Of a DNA stretch of 64,000 bases, positions 56,391 to 64,000 are shown one piece after another; position 1 is the first letter of the stretch, and each line of letters opens with the position of its first letter. A program made the position numbers and the translations under genes. Under the pieces are notes generated by a model. It did no database searches and was not told where the DNA came from. It saw only the letters and a program-made list of their open reading frames with translations. Source of the DNA: Bacillota bacterium (GTDB lineage Bacteria; Bacillota; SHA-98; UBA4971); the NCBI GenBank assembly GCA_040752635.1, contig JBFMGS010000003.1:27528-91527 (forward strand), in the 5' to 3' direction.

Positions 56391-57734
56391 CTACGCCCCC
56401 CATCTTGTCTTCACAAAGGACGGAATCCCGCTTGACTCGCGGGGACCCACCATCACTTCCCAACCGGACTTCTCCTCCAGCTTGCCGCTCATGGCGGCCA
56501 CGTAGCCCGGAAGGATAACCTTGCGGTGGCGGACTTTGTCAGAGACCCCCGACGAGGCAAGCGCGTCCGCGATTTTCTCCGCGGTGAACTTGCCTGCCGC
56601 CCAGGCGGTGAGCACCGACGTGCCTTCCGTGTCTATCACGAGAAGATGAGACGGCACACGACTCGCCTCAATGTCCCCCTGAACAGTGAAGAACGTCAGC
56701 GAGAAGTTGCTCGTGACGTAGAGCGGCGAATCAGGCCCGGCCTCCCCGCCGATGCTGTAGAGCTTCGCCTCGACCTGTATCGGCTTCTGAGGATCAGTGT
56801 AGATGTTCTGGCGCAGAGTAACAAGGGGAAGCACCTGCCACCTCTGGAACGACCGCATCATCACGATCGCCGCGTATTTCGCGATATACACCCCAGCCTC
56901 GGCGATCTGAAGCTCGGGGTCTTCTGATGCCACGAACGCCATAGCGGGATATCCGAATGGGCGGAACTTCTTCTTTATCGCAAGGCGCCTGATCTGGGTC
57001 AGGTCGGCGAGCGTTCGCGCCAGGGTGCGGCCGCCGGCGTCAAGGACGATGTCCTTGCAACCCGCAGCCGCAACCTTTGCCGAAAGGTCTGCAAGCTCCG
57101 AAAGGTCCTTGCTGCGGACAGCAACAGGGCAACCTGTTGACTTCCCAAGCTCCGCCATGCCTTCATAGTTGCTCGCGGTTGCGGCGTAGAGAAGGGGTTT
57201 ATCCTTCGCCACCACGTCGAGCCCGGCCTTCATCACTCCGGGGTCTTCAGTCATCAGGACGAGCGGCAATGACGTAGCCTCCCGAACCGCCGCGACTGCC
57301 TCACGGAACTTTGCGGCGTCGCCCGTATCGCTCCTCACCCCTATGAGGTTCACCCGGAGGCGTTGCCCAACGCGCTCAAACTCAAGCGAAGAGATCTCCC
57401 TGGCCTTCTCCCTCAGTGTCTCCGGCCCTTCGGAGTCGCCCAGCTCAAACCCCAGCCCTGTCTCGTGGAAAAACGTCTTGTCATGGCGGAAGAGCACCGT
57501 CTCGTCGCCTACGTCCAGCTTCGCGTCGCCCGCCCCAATAGTCACCAGCCTGATAGGTGGTGCGGACGCCGACTCGAGCGCTGCTCTCGCCTCCTCCGAG
57601 ACGTACGGGCAGGCGTCAAGAGATGCCTTGCCCGCCGCAAGAGCCATGGCAAATGCAAGACAGGTGGGAGGTCCGCACTCCCGGCAGTTCTTCTTGGGTA
57701 GAAGCTTGTATATCTCCAGCCCTGTAAGCCCCAT
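56391..57734 (-). CDS. acsC: Corrinoid iron-sulfur protein large subunit
   Basis: MGLTGLEIYKLLPKKNCRECGPPTCLAFAMALA is the [4Fe-4S] N-terminus. The ATG at 57734 is 6 nt after AGGAGG. The ORF-track extension to 57860 runs into repeat copy B. Confidence 0.9.
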   Translation of the reverse strand: MGLTGLEIYKLLPKKNCRECGPPTCLAFAMALAAGKASLDACPYVSEEARAALESASAPPIRLVTIGAGDAKLDVGDETVLFRHDKTFFHETGLGFELGDSEGPETLREKAREISSLEFERVGQRLRVNLIGVRSDTGDAAKFREAVAAVREATSLPLVLMTEDPGVMKAGLDVVAKDKPLLYAATASNYEGMAELGKSTGCPVAVRSKDLSELADLSAKVAAAGCKDIVLDAGGRTLARTLADLTQIRRLAIKKKFRPFGYPAMAFVASEDPELQIAEAGVYIAKYAAIVMMRSFQRWQVLPLVTLRQNIYTDPQKPIQVEAKLYSIGGEAGPDSPLYVTSNFSLTFFTVQGDIEASRVPSHLLVIDTEGTSVLTAWAAGKFTAEKIADALASSGVSDKVRHRKVILPGYVAAMSGKLEEKSGWEVMVGPRESSGIPSFVKTRWGA

Positions 57735-57807
57735 ACACATCCTCCTTTTTCGCACCCAAGTTGATACACGAGGGCATTTGCCACTTTGCAGCGTATCAGC
57801 CTTGCCC

Positions 57808-57967
57808 GGGGTTGCCGGTGTTGCATTCCGGGTTCCCACTCGGAGGGAGGCATACCCCACCCCGGTCCTGACGGTACTCGCCCGCCCTCTGCAGGGCGCC
57901 TCCGATTAATTCGGCCCGCCGGCAGATGGCCGAATTAATAGGCCCCGTCATGCAATCACCGGCAACC
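57808..57967 (-). repeat. Long copy B (160 nt) of the GGGGTTGCCGGTG-capped structured palindromic element
   Basis: A closing helix of ~17 bp (57811-57826 with 57950-57967). Internal hairpins include a 12-bp stem ATTAATTCGGCC/GGCCGAATTAAT (57905-57939) and GCCCT-CTGC-AGGGC. It is flanked by CCACTTTG (57781-88) and CAAAGTGG (57973-80) and lies between acsB and acsC. Confidence 0.85.
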
Positions 57968-58059
57968 TCTGACAAAGTGGCATAGGCTTCTCGTGATCGA
58001 CTCATTACAAGACACTCGTCCTCGCTCCTGTGCGCCTATCGGCGAACGTCTATGGCCAG

Positions 58060-60180
58060 CTACATCAGCGGCGGCATCGAGAGCGCCGGGTGGCCCTTCT
58101 CCTCGAGGAACGGCAGGATCTCCTCGATAGTGGTCCCCACCGTTTCATCTGCGATCTTGTTGTAGAAGCCATTGAGGCCGAGTTCCGCGGCCCGTCTCAC
58201 GAGGCCTTCCTTCAGGAACTCCTTCACTTCTTTAGGCATCCACACCACGCGGGCGAGTCCACCGTCGGCCGCGATGAACTTGCGCGACAGCACATAAGAC
58301 CTGCCGTGGCCCATGAACCCGGGCGTCTGAACTCCGCCGCCTACACTCCCTGCGAGCGTGGAGAACTTCATGCCGCACGGCGTCATTCCGCTAAACTCCC
58401 GGTTCACGATCATCACGCCGTTCGCTTCAGGGAGGATAGCCATTATGCACTCGAAGCACCCACACGAAGTCATGGGGTTCTCGAGGAGCGTGTAGATGTT
58501 CACCGTATCGAGCGTGTTGTGAGAGGCCTGCTTGAGGAACTCGTTCACCCCGACCCACTGGCCTTTCACGGGCTCGATGCATTCACCCTTTACTATCGGC
58601 TGGTTTGGGCCTGTCGGGGTGATTTCAAACGACGCCTTCGCGTCGAGCCAGCTCACAGCGCCGCAAAGGCCGATGCGCTCCGGCGCCACGATGCACACGT
58701 GGTTGGGCGCGAACGACTGGCATAGCGTGCACGAGTAGAAGGTGTCCACAGACTCGTCGGTCAGCCCGGCCAGCCTGGCGTCGCGCGCGGCATACTTCTT
58801 GCGGGCCACCTCGAGTTGCTCCAGCACCTGCGCCCTGTCGGTTATGAGCGTGACCTGCACCCTGTCTACGATTGCCGGGAAGTCCGACTTGAACTTGGCG
58901 TAGAGAATCTCTCCGAAATGGCGCACGCGGAAGCCCTTGTTGAAGGCGTCGCGGCTTATCCGCATCCAGCAGATATCCCTCTGCGCGATGTGCCAGCAGC
59001 CTTCGGCATAGTTTATGAAGTAGTGGACCCGCCGCTCCAGCACGGGCTCGAAGTCCTCCTGCATCTTGCGCCCGGCGACGTCCACCATGATGCCCAGGGG
59101 CATCGCGGTCCCGGCAGCCACCTCGTCTATCTCAGGCCCGATGACCGTTATCTTGCCGTCCTCCACCTCGTCCATGGCCCTCATCCGCACAAGCTCGAAG
59201 GCGGGCGACCTCTGCCCTCCGAACTCGACGTGCATGTCTTCCTTGCGGATGCGTTCGCCTTCGAAAGCGGGGCCGAACGTCACGGGGATCGGGATATCGA
59301 CTATCTTTATTTTGATGTTCCGGAGCTCGAGCGCCCGCTGAACCATCTTCACGTAATCAGGCTCGTACACAAACAGGTCCGGGATCTCCTCGACCTGCTG
59401 GTCAGTGACGACCGGAAACCCGAGATGGATCGCGCCGAATTCCGCCGCGATTCGCACCTCGTCGAGCTCGCCTAGGGCAAGCACGAACGCGTCAACCCTC
59501 TCTGCCTGGTACTTCAGCATCTCGCCGCGCTTTCCAGGGGCGATGCCGCCGAAAGCGAGCCCCGCCCGCAACGCGAAGTTAACCGCGTGAATGGCCGCGG
59601 TGAAATGGCCGAGCGGGAACGCCATGTAATCGGCGCCGAGGCGCATCCCTTCCTCGAGCAATTGCTCGATTATGTCGTTTACCATTATGACAAGGATGCC
59701 GCGTTTCTGGAGCTCCTTGTACAGCGTCACCGCGTCCTTCGAGGTTCGGGCTTTTCCTATTATTACGGCGACCCCGGGAATGGTGTCGTCCACGAGCGGC
59801 ACGCCCAGCTTACGCAGGACTGCATCGGACACGAACCCCATGTAGGGGTCCTTGTAAGGGTTCTTGCCGTTTATGAACTTCAGCGCCTCTATGACCTCGG
59901 CGGCGAAGAGCGTGGCTTCCCCGGCGAGCTTGGCGTTTTCGAGCGTTGGGTCGTGCCTGATATTGGCTTTGAACTTGTTGAGCACCGGCGGCAGGTCGCC
60001 GATGGTCGGAGTGTCTTCGCCTGAAAGGCTCCGTATCACAGGGAGCCTGTAGGCCGTATCAGGATAACCCACCGGAGTCTCCTCGCCGAAGCGCCTTATA
60101 GCCTGGCCAAGAAGGATCTCGGCGTAACTTGTCGCAATGATCGAGCCTTCAATAGCCGCCTTGCATAATTCTCTGGACAT
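58060..60180 (-). CDS. acsB: Acetyl-CoA synthase (CODH/ACS alpha, A-cluster subunit)
   Basis: It is collinear with known ACS: ATSYAEILL..AI...G...PVGYPDTAY.LPVI, the A-cluster motif region CTLCQSFAPNHVCIV.PER.GLCGA.SWLDAKA, CGCFE, and the C-terminus EEKGHPALSM.PL. The ATG at 60180 follows GGAGGGAGGG. Confidence 0.95.
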   Translation of the reverse strand: MSRELCKAAIEGSIIATSYAEILLGQAIRRFGEETPVGYPDTAYRLPVIRSLSGEDTPTIGDLPPVLNKFKANIRHDPTLENAKLAGEATLFAAEVIEALKFINGKNPYKDPYMGFVSDAVLRKLGVPLVDDTIPGVAVIIGKARTSKDAVTLYKELQKRGILVIMVNDIIEQLLEEGMRLGADYMAFPLGHFTAAIHAVNFALRAGLAFGGIAPGKRGEMLKYQAERVDAFVLALGELDEVRIAAEFGAIHLGFPVVTDQQVEEIPDLFVYEPDYVKMVQRALELRNIKIKIVDIPIPVTFGPAFEGERIRKEDMHVEFGGQRSPAFELVRMRAMDEVEDGKITVIGPEIDEVAAGTAMPLGIMVDVAGRKMQEDFEPVLERRVHYFINYAEGCWHIAQRDICWMRISRDAFNKGFRVRHFGEILYAKFKSDFPAIVDRVQVTLITDRAQVLEQLEVARKKYAARDARLAGLTDESVDTFYSCTLCQSFAPNHVCIVAPERIGLCGAVSWLDAKASFEITPTGPNQPIVKGECIEPVKGQWVGVNEFLKQASHNTLDTVNIYTLLENPMTSCGCFECIMAILPEANGVMIVNREFSGMTPCGMKFSTLAGSVGGGVQTPGFMGHGRSYVLSRKFIAADGGLARVVWMPKEVKEFLKEGLVRRAAELGLNGFYNKIADETVGTTIEEILPFLEEKGHPALSMPPLM

Positions 60181-61447
60181 TTCGCTTCCCTCCCTCCTCG
60201 AAGTAGCGGCCTTTGTCATCGATAGCGTCCATGAAGGTGGCGTAGGTGAAATCGTCAGCGAGGATGCGCTCCGGCGCATCGTCGCGCCTGACCTTCTTCT
60301 TGATGAGGGCCAGCACGACCCCGGCCCTGTCCACCCCGCCTGCGAAGATGGCGCCTCGAATGACGCCGTCCTTCACGACGAGCTTCCTGTACCAGTCGCC
60401 GCGCCCCTTGCGGACAAGCTCGGTGTACCCGGGCTCCCTCGGCGATGTCACCCCCATTGATATGAACGGCAACCCGAAGATATCAATGGAGTTCATCCCC
60501 ACCGAGCCGGGGTACCTGGTCGGAATGCCCGCCATGTTGTAGGCGGCGACCCTACCCTGAGCTGTTGCAGCGGTCCACATGGCGTTTACCCGCGGCGTCT
60601 CGTAGGCCACATCGTACGCTTCGGCCGCGTCTCCTGCTGCGTAGATCCCTGGCACACTGGTTTGGAGGTGGTCATCGACGACGATGCCCCTGCCGATGCG
60701 CGCACCGCAGGATTCTGCCAGCCCGACTTCGGGATCGACGCCCTTGCCGATGACGATAAGGTCCGCATCCACCCGGCGGCCGTCTGAAAGCACGGCCTGG
60801 CGTACTTCCTCCCCGCCCTCGATCTCAACCACGTCACACCGCGTATCGATGACAAAACCGCGCGACACGAGCTTCTCGCGGGCGATCGCACTGGATACAT
60901 CATCGAGCATCTGCGAGAGAACTCTGCCCGACGATATCACTACCCTCACCTCGAGCCCCACCTCGTGGAGGGCGCAGGCAGCCTTCATGCCGATGAGCCC
61001 GCCGCCCACGAGCACGGCTTTTCGCGCAAGCCTCGCTCTCGCAGCTATCGCCGCGGCGTCCTCCCAGGTCCGTAGCTTGAAGACCCCACGCTTTCTGGCA
61101 CCGGGGATATCCGGGATCTTAGCCGAACCGCCCGTGGCAAGGAGCAACCGATCATACCCAAGCTCGGTGCCGTCGTCGATGTTCACCGTCTTCCTCCCGG
61201 GATCAACCGAAGTGGCTTTCTTGCCCATGAGAACGTTTATGCGGCGAGATTCGTAGAACCCGGGCTCGCGCATGAGCATCGCTGATTCTTCAATCTTTCC
61301 CGCGATGTAGTACGACGTCATGCACCTCGAGTAAAACGGGTGGTTTTCCTCGGAAACGACCGTTATCTCGCACTTCGGGTCGAGCCGCCTGAGGGTCTCA
61401 GCACATCTCATCCCGGCGGCGCTACCTCCAATAATCACGTGCTTCAC
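60149..61447 (-). CDS. FAD-dependent pyridine nucleotide-disulfide-family NAD(P)H oxidoreductase (CODH-associated)
   Basis: HVIIGGSAAG and LVGGGLIG are two Rossmann motifs, with ..GIYAAGD. 432 aa, sandwiched between cooS and acsB. Confidence 0.75.
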   Translation of the reverse strand: MKHVIIGGSAAGMRCAETLRRLDPKCEITVVSEENHPFYSRCMTSYYIAGKIEESAMLMREPGFYESRRINVLMGKKATSVDPGRKTVNIDDGTELGYDRLLLATGGSAKIPDIPGARKRGVFKLRTWEDAAAIAARARLARKAVLVGGGLIGMKAACALHEVGLEVRVVISSGRVLSQMLDDVSSAIAREKLVSRGFVIDTRCDVVEIEGGEEVRQAVLSDGRRVDADLIVIGKGVDPEVGLAESCGARIGRGIVVDDHLQTSVPGIYAAGDAAEAYDVAYETPRVNAMWTAATAQGRVAAYNMAGIPTRYPGSVGMNSIDIFGLPFISMGVTSPREPGYTELVRKGRGDWYRKLVVKDGVIRGAIFAGGVDRAGVVLALIKKKVRRDDAPERILADDFTYATFMDAIDDKGRYFEEGGKRNVQRIMQGGY

Positions 61448-61463
61448 CGGAGCACCACCTCTC

Positions 61464-63407
61464 TCACTCTGCTACGAGGCCCTCAGCGGGGCTCGCAGCG
61501 GAGTACTTGCGCCTCCAGTTCCGGTAGTCGAGCGCCTCGATGAGCTTTGCCGAAGCCTTCATGGGGTCGGTTTCCAGGATGAAGTACCCGCCGAACACGT
61601 CCTCGGCTATCTTGGTCACGACCTCGGTGACGAGAGTGCTTCCATAGACAGGCGGGATAACACCCACGTGAGTCGGGAAGCCAAGCGTAACCGCCCACGA
61701 GCCGATGGAAACCGCTTTCTCATGCATGGCTTCCGGGGCCGTGGCGACATACGGGATGTCACATATGTCCGCTCCCATCTCCTTTGCTATCATCACCGCC
61801 AGGTCAACGGCGCGGGAGTTGTCCACGCACGATCCCATGTGGAACGCAAGAGGCAATCCTCCCTCGAAACCTGACGCCTCGGACAGCCTGTGGAGGAACC
61901 GCTTGAGCCCGGGCCCGGCGAATTCATCGACCGCTCCCGACGTCATGTAGCCGGCCTTGGCCATGGCCCCGGCTGCACACCCGGTCGCCACGATGAAGAC
62001 ATCGTTCTTTGCGAGTTCCCTCGCAATGGTAAGATGGCCGTCGTCGTGTTTGGCCTTGGTGTTCGTGCAACCCGCGAAGAGCGCGATCCCCCTGATCTCT
62101 CCGTCTTCGATGGCGTCCACGAGCGCCCGTATGGGCTTCTCCTTGTTGATGGAGGCAAAGATACCCAGCATCGCCTCGAGGCTGAAGCCGGCGATCACCT
62201 CGTTCTTCGCCTGGGGTATGTGAACCTTCGACCGGTCGCGCTCCCGGAACGCTTCGATGGCAAGCTTCACGATGCGGCGCGCGCTCTCTTTTGCCCTCTC
62301 CTCGCGGAAGTCCACGTGATACGCTCCTGGAATCTTCGAGAACGGGATCGTCGTGATAAGCTTTGTGTGGAAGCATTCGCAGAGCGTCTTGAGAGCCGGC
62401 ATGATGCACTGGAGATCAACGATTATGGCGTCCACCGCCCCGGTCATTATGGCAAGCTCCTGGGCGATGAAGTTCGTCGCGAGCGGAACCCCCTTTCTCA
62501 TCAGGACCTCGTTCGCGGTGCAGCATATGCCGACGACGTTGATCCCCGCCGCGCCCGCCGCCCTGGCCTCATCCTCCATTTCGCGGGCCACGTCAACCAC
62601 GATCTCGCTGAGAAGCGGGATGTGGCCGTGGACCGTGATGTTGACTTTCGCCGGGTCGAGCACTCCAAGGTTGGCCTGGCTCTTGAGTGGCCTTGGGGTG
62701 CCGAACAGGATGTCGGTCAGGTCTGTGCTGAGGTGGCATCCTGCGTAGTCTGCGAGGGCGCTCTTTAGCCCCCCGAAGATGAGGTTGACGGGGTCGGCGT
62801 CAACGCCCATGGTTGACCTGTGCATGACCTCAGCGATGGCGCCGTTGATATTGCTTGGCATGATGGCGCATTCCTCGAACTTCTCGGTCATGCCGGGCGT
62901 TACGGTAGACGTAACCCACGTGCACGGCTCCTCTTCAAGCCGTGAGAAATCACGCAGCGCTGCAATGGCCACCTCACGCGTGATCTCGGCCGCAGTCTTA
63001 CCGCTGGGGTCGATCCCGATCCGCCTCGCAACCGCCTCGGCCTTCGCGGGGTCTGCGATTCGGTAGTCGGGCGCATGGCCATCGAGATGGGCGAGAAGTG
63101 TAAGGGCGACGTGCCTTCCATGGTCCGAGTGAGCCGCGGTGCCCCCGGCTATGGCGCGTATCACGTTCCTGGCGACTATGGAGTAATCGGTCGCCCCACA
63201 TATGCCACGTTTCGCGCCTTCGCCGAACGGATCTATGCGGCATGGCCCCTGCAGACATATGCGGCAACAGACGCCCAGGTTCCCAAAGCCGCAAAGAGGC
63301 TCCTGGGCACGGCACCTATCCCACACGGTCTCGAGGCCTTCATGCTCTGCGTGGTTCAGCATCTCGAGCGCGGCGGGATCGACGCTTCTTTCCTCCAGCC
63401 TTCCCAT
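61464..63407 (-). CDS. cooS: Anaerobic carbon monoxide dehydrogenase catalytic subunit (Ni,Fe-CODH; CODH/ACS beta)
   Basis: N-terminal D/B-cluster cysteines (C.FG..GVCCR.C..GPCRI). C-cluster ligand regions are HGH, CCTANE, GC.N and MGSCVDN. 647 aa. Confidence 0.95.
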   Translation of the reverse strand: MGRLEERSVDPAALEMLNHAEHEGLETVWDRCRAQEPLCGFGNLGVCCRICLQGPCRIDPFGEGAKRGICGATDYSIVARNVIRAIAGGTAAHSDHGRHVALTLLAHLDGHAPDYRIADPAKAEAVARRIGIDPSGKTAAEITREVAIAALRDFSRLEEEPCTWVTSTVTPGMTEKFEECAIMPSNINGAIAEVMHRSTMGVDADPVNLIFGGLKSALADYAGCHLSTDLTDILFGTPRPLKSQANLGVLDPAKVNITVHGHIPLLSEIVVDVAREMEDEARAAGAAGINVVGICCTANEVLMRKGVPLATNFIAQELAIMTGAVDAIIVDLQCIMPALKTLCECFHTKLITTIPFSKIPGAYHVDFREERAKESARRIVKLAIEAFRERDRSKVHIPQAKNEVIAGFSLEAMLGIFASINKEKPIRALVDAIEDGEIRGIALFAGCTNTKAKHDDGHLTIARELAKNDVFIVATGCAAGAMAKAGYMTSGAVDEFAGPGLKRFLHRLSEASGFEGGLPLAFHMGSCVDNSRAVDLAVMIAKEMGADICDIPYVATAPEAMHEKAVSIGSWAVTLGFPTHVGVIPPVYGSTLVTEVVTKIAEDVFGGYFILETDPMKASAKLIEALDYRNWRRKYSAASPAEGLVAE

Positions 63408-63486
63408 TCTCTTTCCCCCTTTGCTCCAAAGTTGACTCTAAGTGCGACGATTTACGCATGGTATGGTATTCCCATGATTGCGACTG

Positions 63487-63506
63487 ATTGTGACAGATTT
63501 CACAAT
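63487..63506. promoter_or_regulatory. 20-bp dyad ATTGTGA-CAGATT-TCACAAT: candidate Rex (TTGTGAA-N4-TTCACAA) or CRP/CooA-family (TGTGA-N6-TCACA) operator
   Basis: It has perfect 7-bp inverted arms. It matches 13 of the 14 specified positions of the Rex consensus and all 10 of the CRP core. It lies ~90 nt upstream of the cooS ATG and abuts the cooF stop. Confidence 0.45.
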
Positions 63507-63952
63507 CAAACTATGAGGGCCCCCTCTCTTACGAGCAGGGCCCTCGTTGGACAGTCTCTCACGCAGGCTGGTTCTTTTTCGTCCGGGCATCGGTCGCATT
63601 TCAGCGCGACCTTTTCGCCCTCATGTATCTGGATGCTGCCGTACGGGCAGACCATCACGCACATGTGACACCCCACACACCGGGAGGTGTCGTTATACAC
63701 CCGGCCGACATCCTCGTCGATCCTCATGGCGCCGCTGATGCACGCCTCAACGCACGGCGCATCCTCGCAATGGAAGCACCTCAGCGGGAAGTATTCCCCG
63801 GCCTCCCTTGTGACACGCACCCTCTGCCTCGGCAGCGGACGCTCCCAGACCGCGCGGTGTATGTCGTGGCTTTCGGAGTGCATAAGAGCGCACGATATCT
63901 CGCACTGGCGGCAACCCACGCACTTACTGAGCCTGACGAATATCTCCTTCAT
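63506..63952 (-). CDS. cooF: CooF-like 4Fe-4S ferredoxin-type electron carrier
   Basis: CVGCRQCEISC, CFHCEDAPCVEAC, CVGCHMCVMVCP and C.RC........CV..CP. The ATG at 63952 follows AGGAGGTG. Confidence 0.8.
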   Translation of the reverse strand: MKEIFVRLSKCVGCRQCEISCALMHSESHDIHRAVWERPLPRQRVRVTREAGEYFPLRCFHCEDAPCVEACISGAMRIDEDVGRVYNDTSRCVGCHMCVMVCPYGSIQIHEGEKVALKCDRCPDEKEPACVRDCPTRALLVREGALIV

Positions 63953-64000
63953 CTCTTCCGCCCACCTCCTTTCCAGCAAGCCTTCTGTACACCCCTGAAA

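Noticed and set aside
57808-57967. A cobalamin (B12) riboswitch upstream of the corrinoid protein gene acsC. The element contains CCACTCGGAGGGAGGC, vaguely like the CCACTG…GGGAAGGC part of B12 riboswitches.
   Set aside because: That resemblance is on the strand antisense to acsC. The B12 box (AGCCAGGAGACCTGCC-like) and the GGTGNNAATCC/GCNGCCCCCGC core are absent. The same element also occurs next to mrdA, rodA, ndk and rnfB, which is incompatible with a ligand-specific riboswitch.
57808-57967. 6S RNA, SRP RNA, tmRNA or RNase P as the identity of the long structured elements.
   Set aside because: There is no SRP domain IV motif (GGAA/AGCA loops, GUCCGGAAGGAAGCAGCC-like), no RNase P GAGGAAAGUCC, and no tmRNA tag ORF or tRNA-like end. 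A 6S-type single interrupted helix does not fit the multi-branch fold. The multiple truncated copies indicate a dispersed repeat rather than a single-copy housekeeping RNA.
57796-58005. A small ORF through repeat copy B (69 aa), with the parallel ORF 28262..28447 through copy A. They share the peptide VAGDCMTGP(V/I)NSAIC(L/R)RAEL(T/I)GGALQRAG and a conserved internal ATG.
   Set aside because: The shared peptide simply mirrors the nucleotide identity of the repeat. Of 5 codon differences, 4 are non-synonymous. Two of those are the two halves of a compensatory stem pair, and two more lie in a hairpin loop. The ORFs start and end in unrelated flanking sequence, and only a weak GGTGA precedes the internal ATG. 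Structure explains the conservation better than coding does.

Overview
This window is a ~60% GC chromosomal segment from a spore-forming, strictly anaerobic Firmicutes-type bacterium; gpr, an alpha/beta-type SASP and a SpoIVFA/SpoIVFB-like pair are all present. I call about 60 protein genes, one tRNA and several transcription signals. Every gene except rpsT and the SASP gene is on the minus strand. Positions 1-34.7 kb form a housekeeping and cell-envelope block with Bacillus-like synteny: gpr, rpsT, holA, comEC, comEA, tRNA-Ala, rsfS, an RRM RNA-binding protein, nadD, obg, rpmA, rplU, rng, a radical-SAM pair, spoIVFB plus an M23 peptidase, rodA, minEDC, mrdA, mreDCB, radC, maf, apbE, SASP and an esterase. 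A sugar-type ABC cassette with a secreted PHP protein is inserted between holA and comEC. Positions 34.7-64 kb are one co-directional energy and C1 supercluster. It contains rnfCDGEAB, fdhD, mobA, and a Cys-type formate dehydrogenase whose catalytic subunit is fused to a NuoE-like domain and is paired with a NuoF/HylB-like subunit. It continues with ndk, fhs, nfnAB, a MaoC hotdog protein and the complete carbonyl branch of the Wood-Ljungdahl pathway (acsE, acsD, cooC, acsV/RACo, acsC, acsB, an FAD/NAD oxidoreductase, cooS, cooF). The most unusual unexplained signal is a five-member family of strongly structured palindromic elements capped by GGGGTTGCCGGTG. There are two long copies (160 and 322 nt) and three short ones, all sitting between or at the ends of cistrons inside operons. 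They show one compensatory base-pair change, three strand-consistent G.U wobbles, and a nested 161-nt insertion flanked by an 8-bp direct repeat. I could not match them to any RNA family or IS end that I know. Other leads are a Rex/CRP-type dyad in front of cooS, a ~285-nt terminator-containing leader before the RRM protein gene, exact tandem repeats at minC and rpsT, and two coding hexanucleotide microsatellites. All protein calls rest on motif-level recognition of the supplied translations; no database search was possible.
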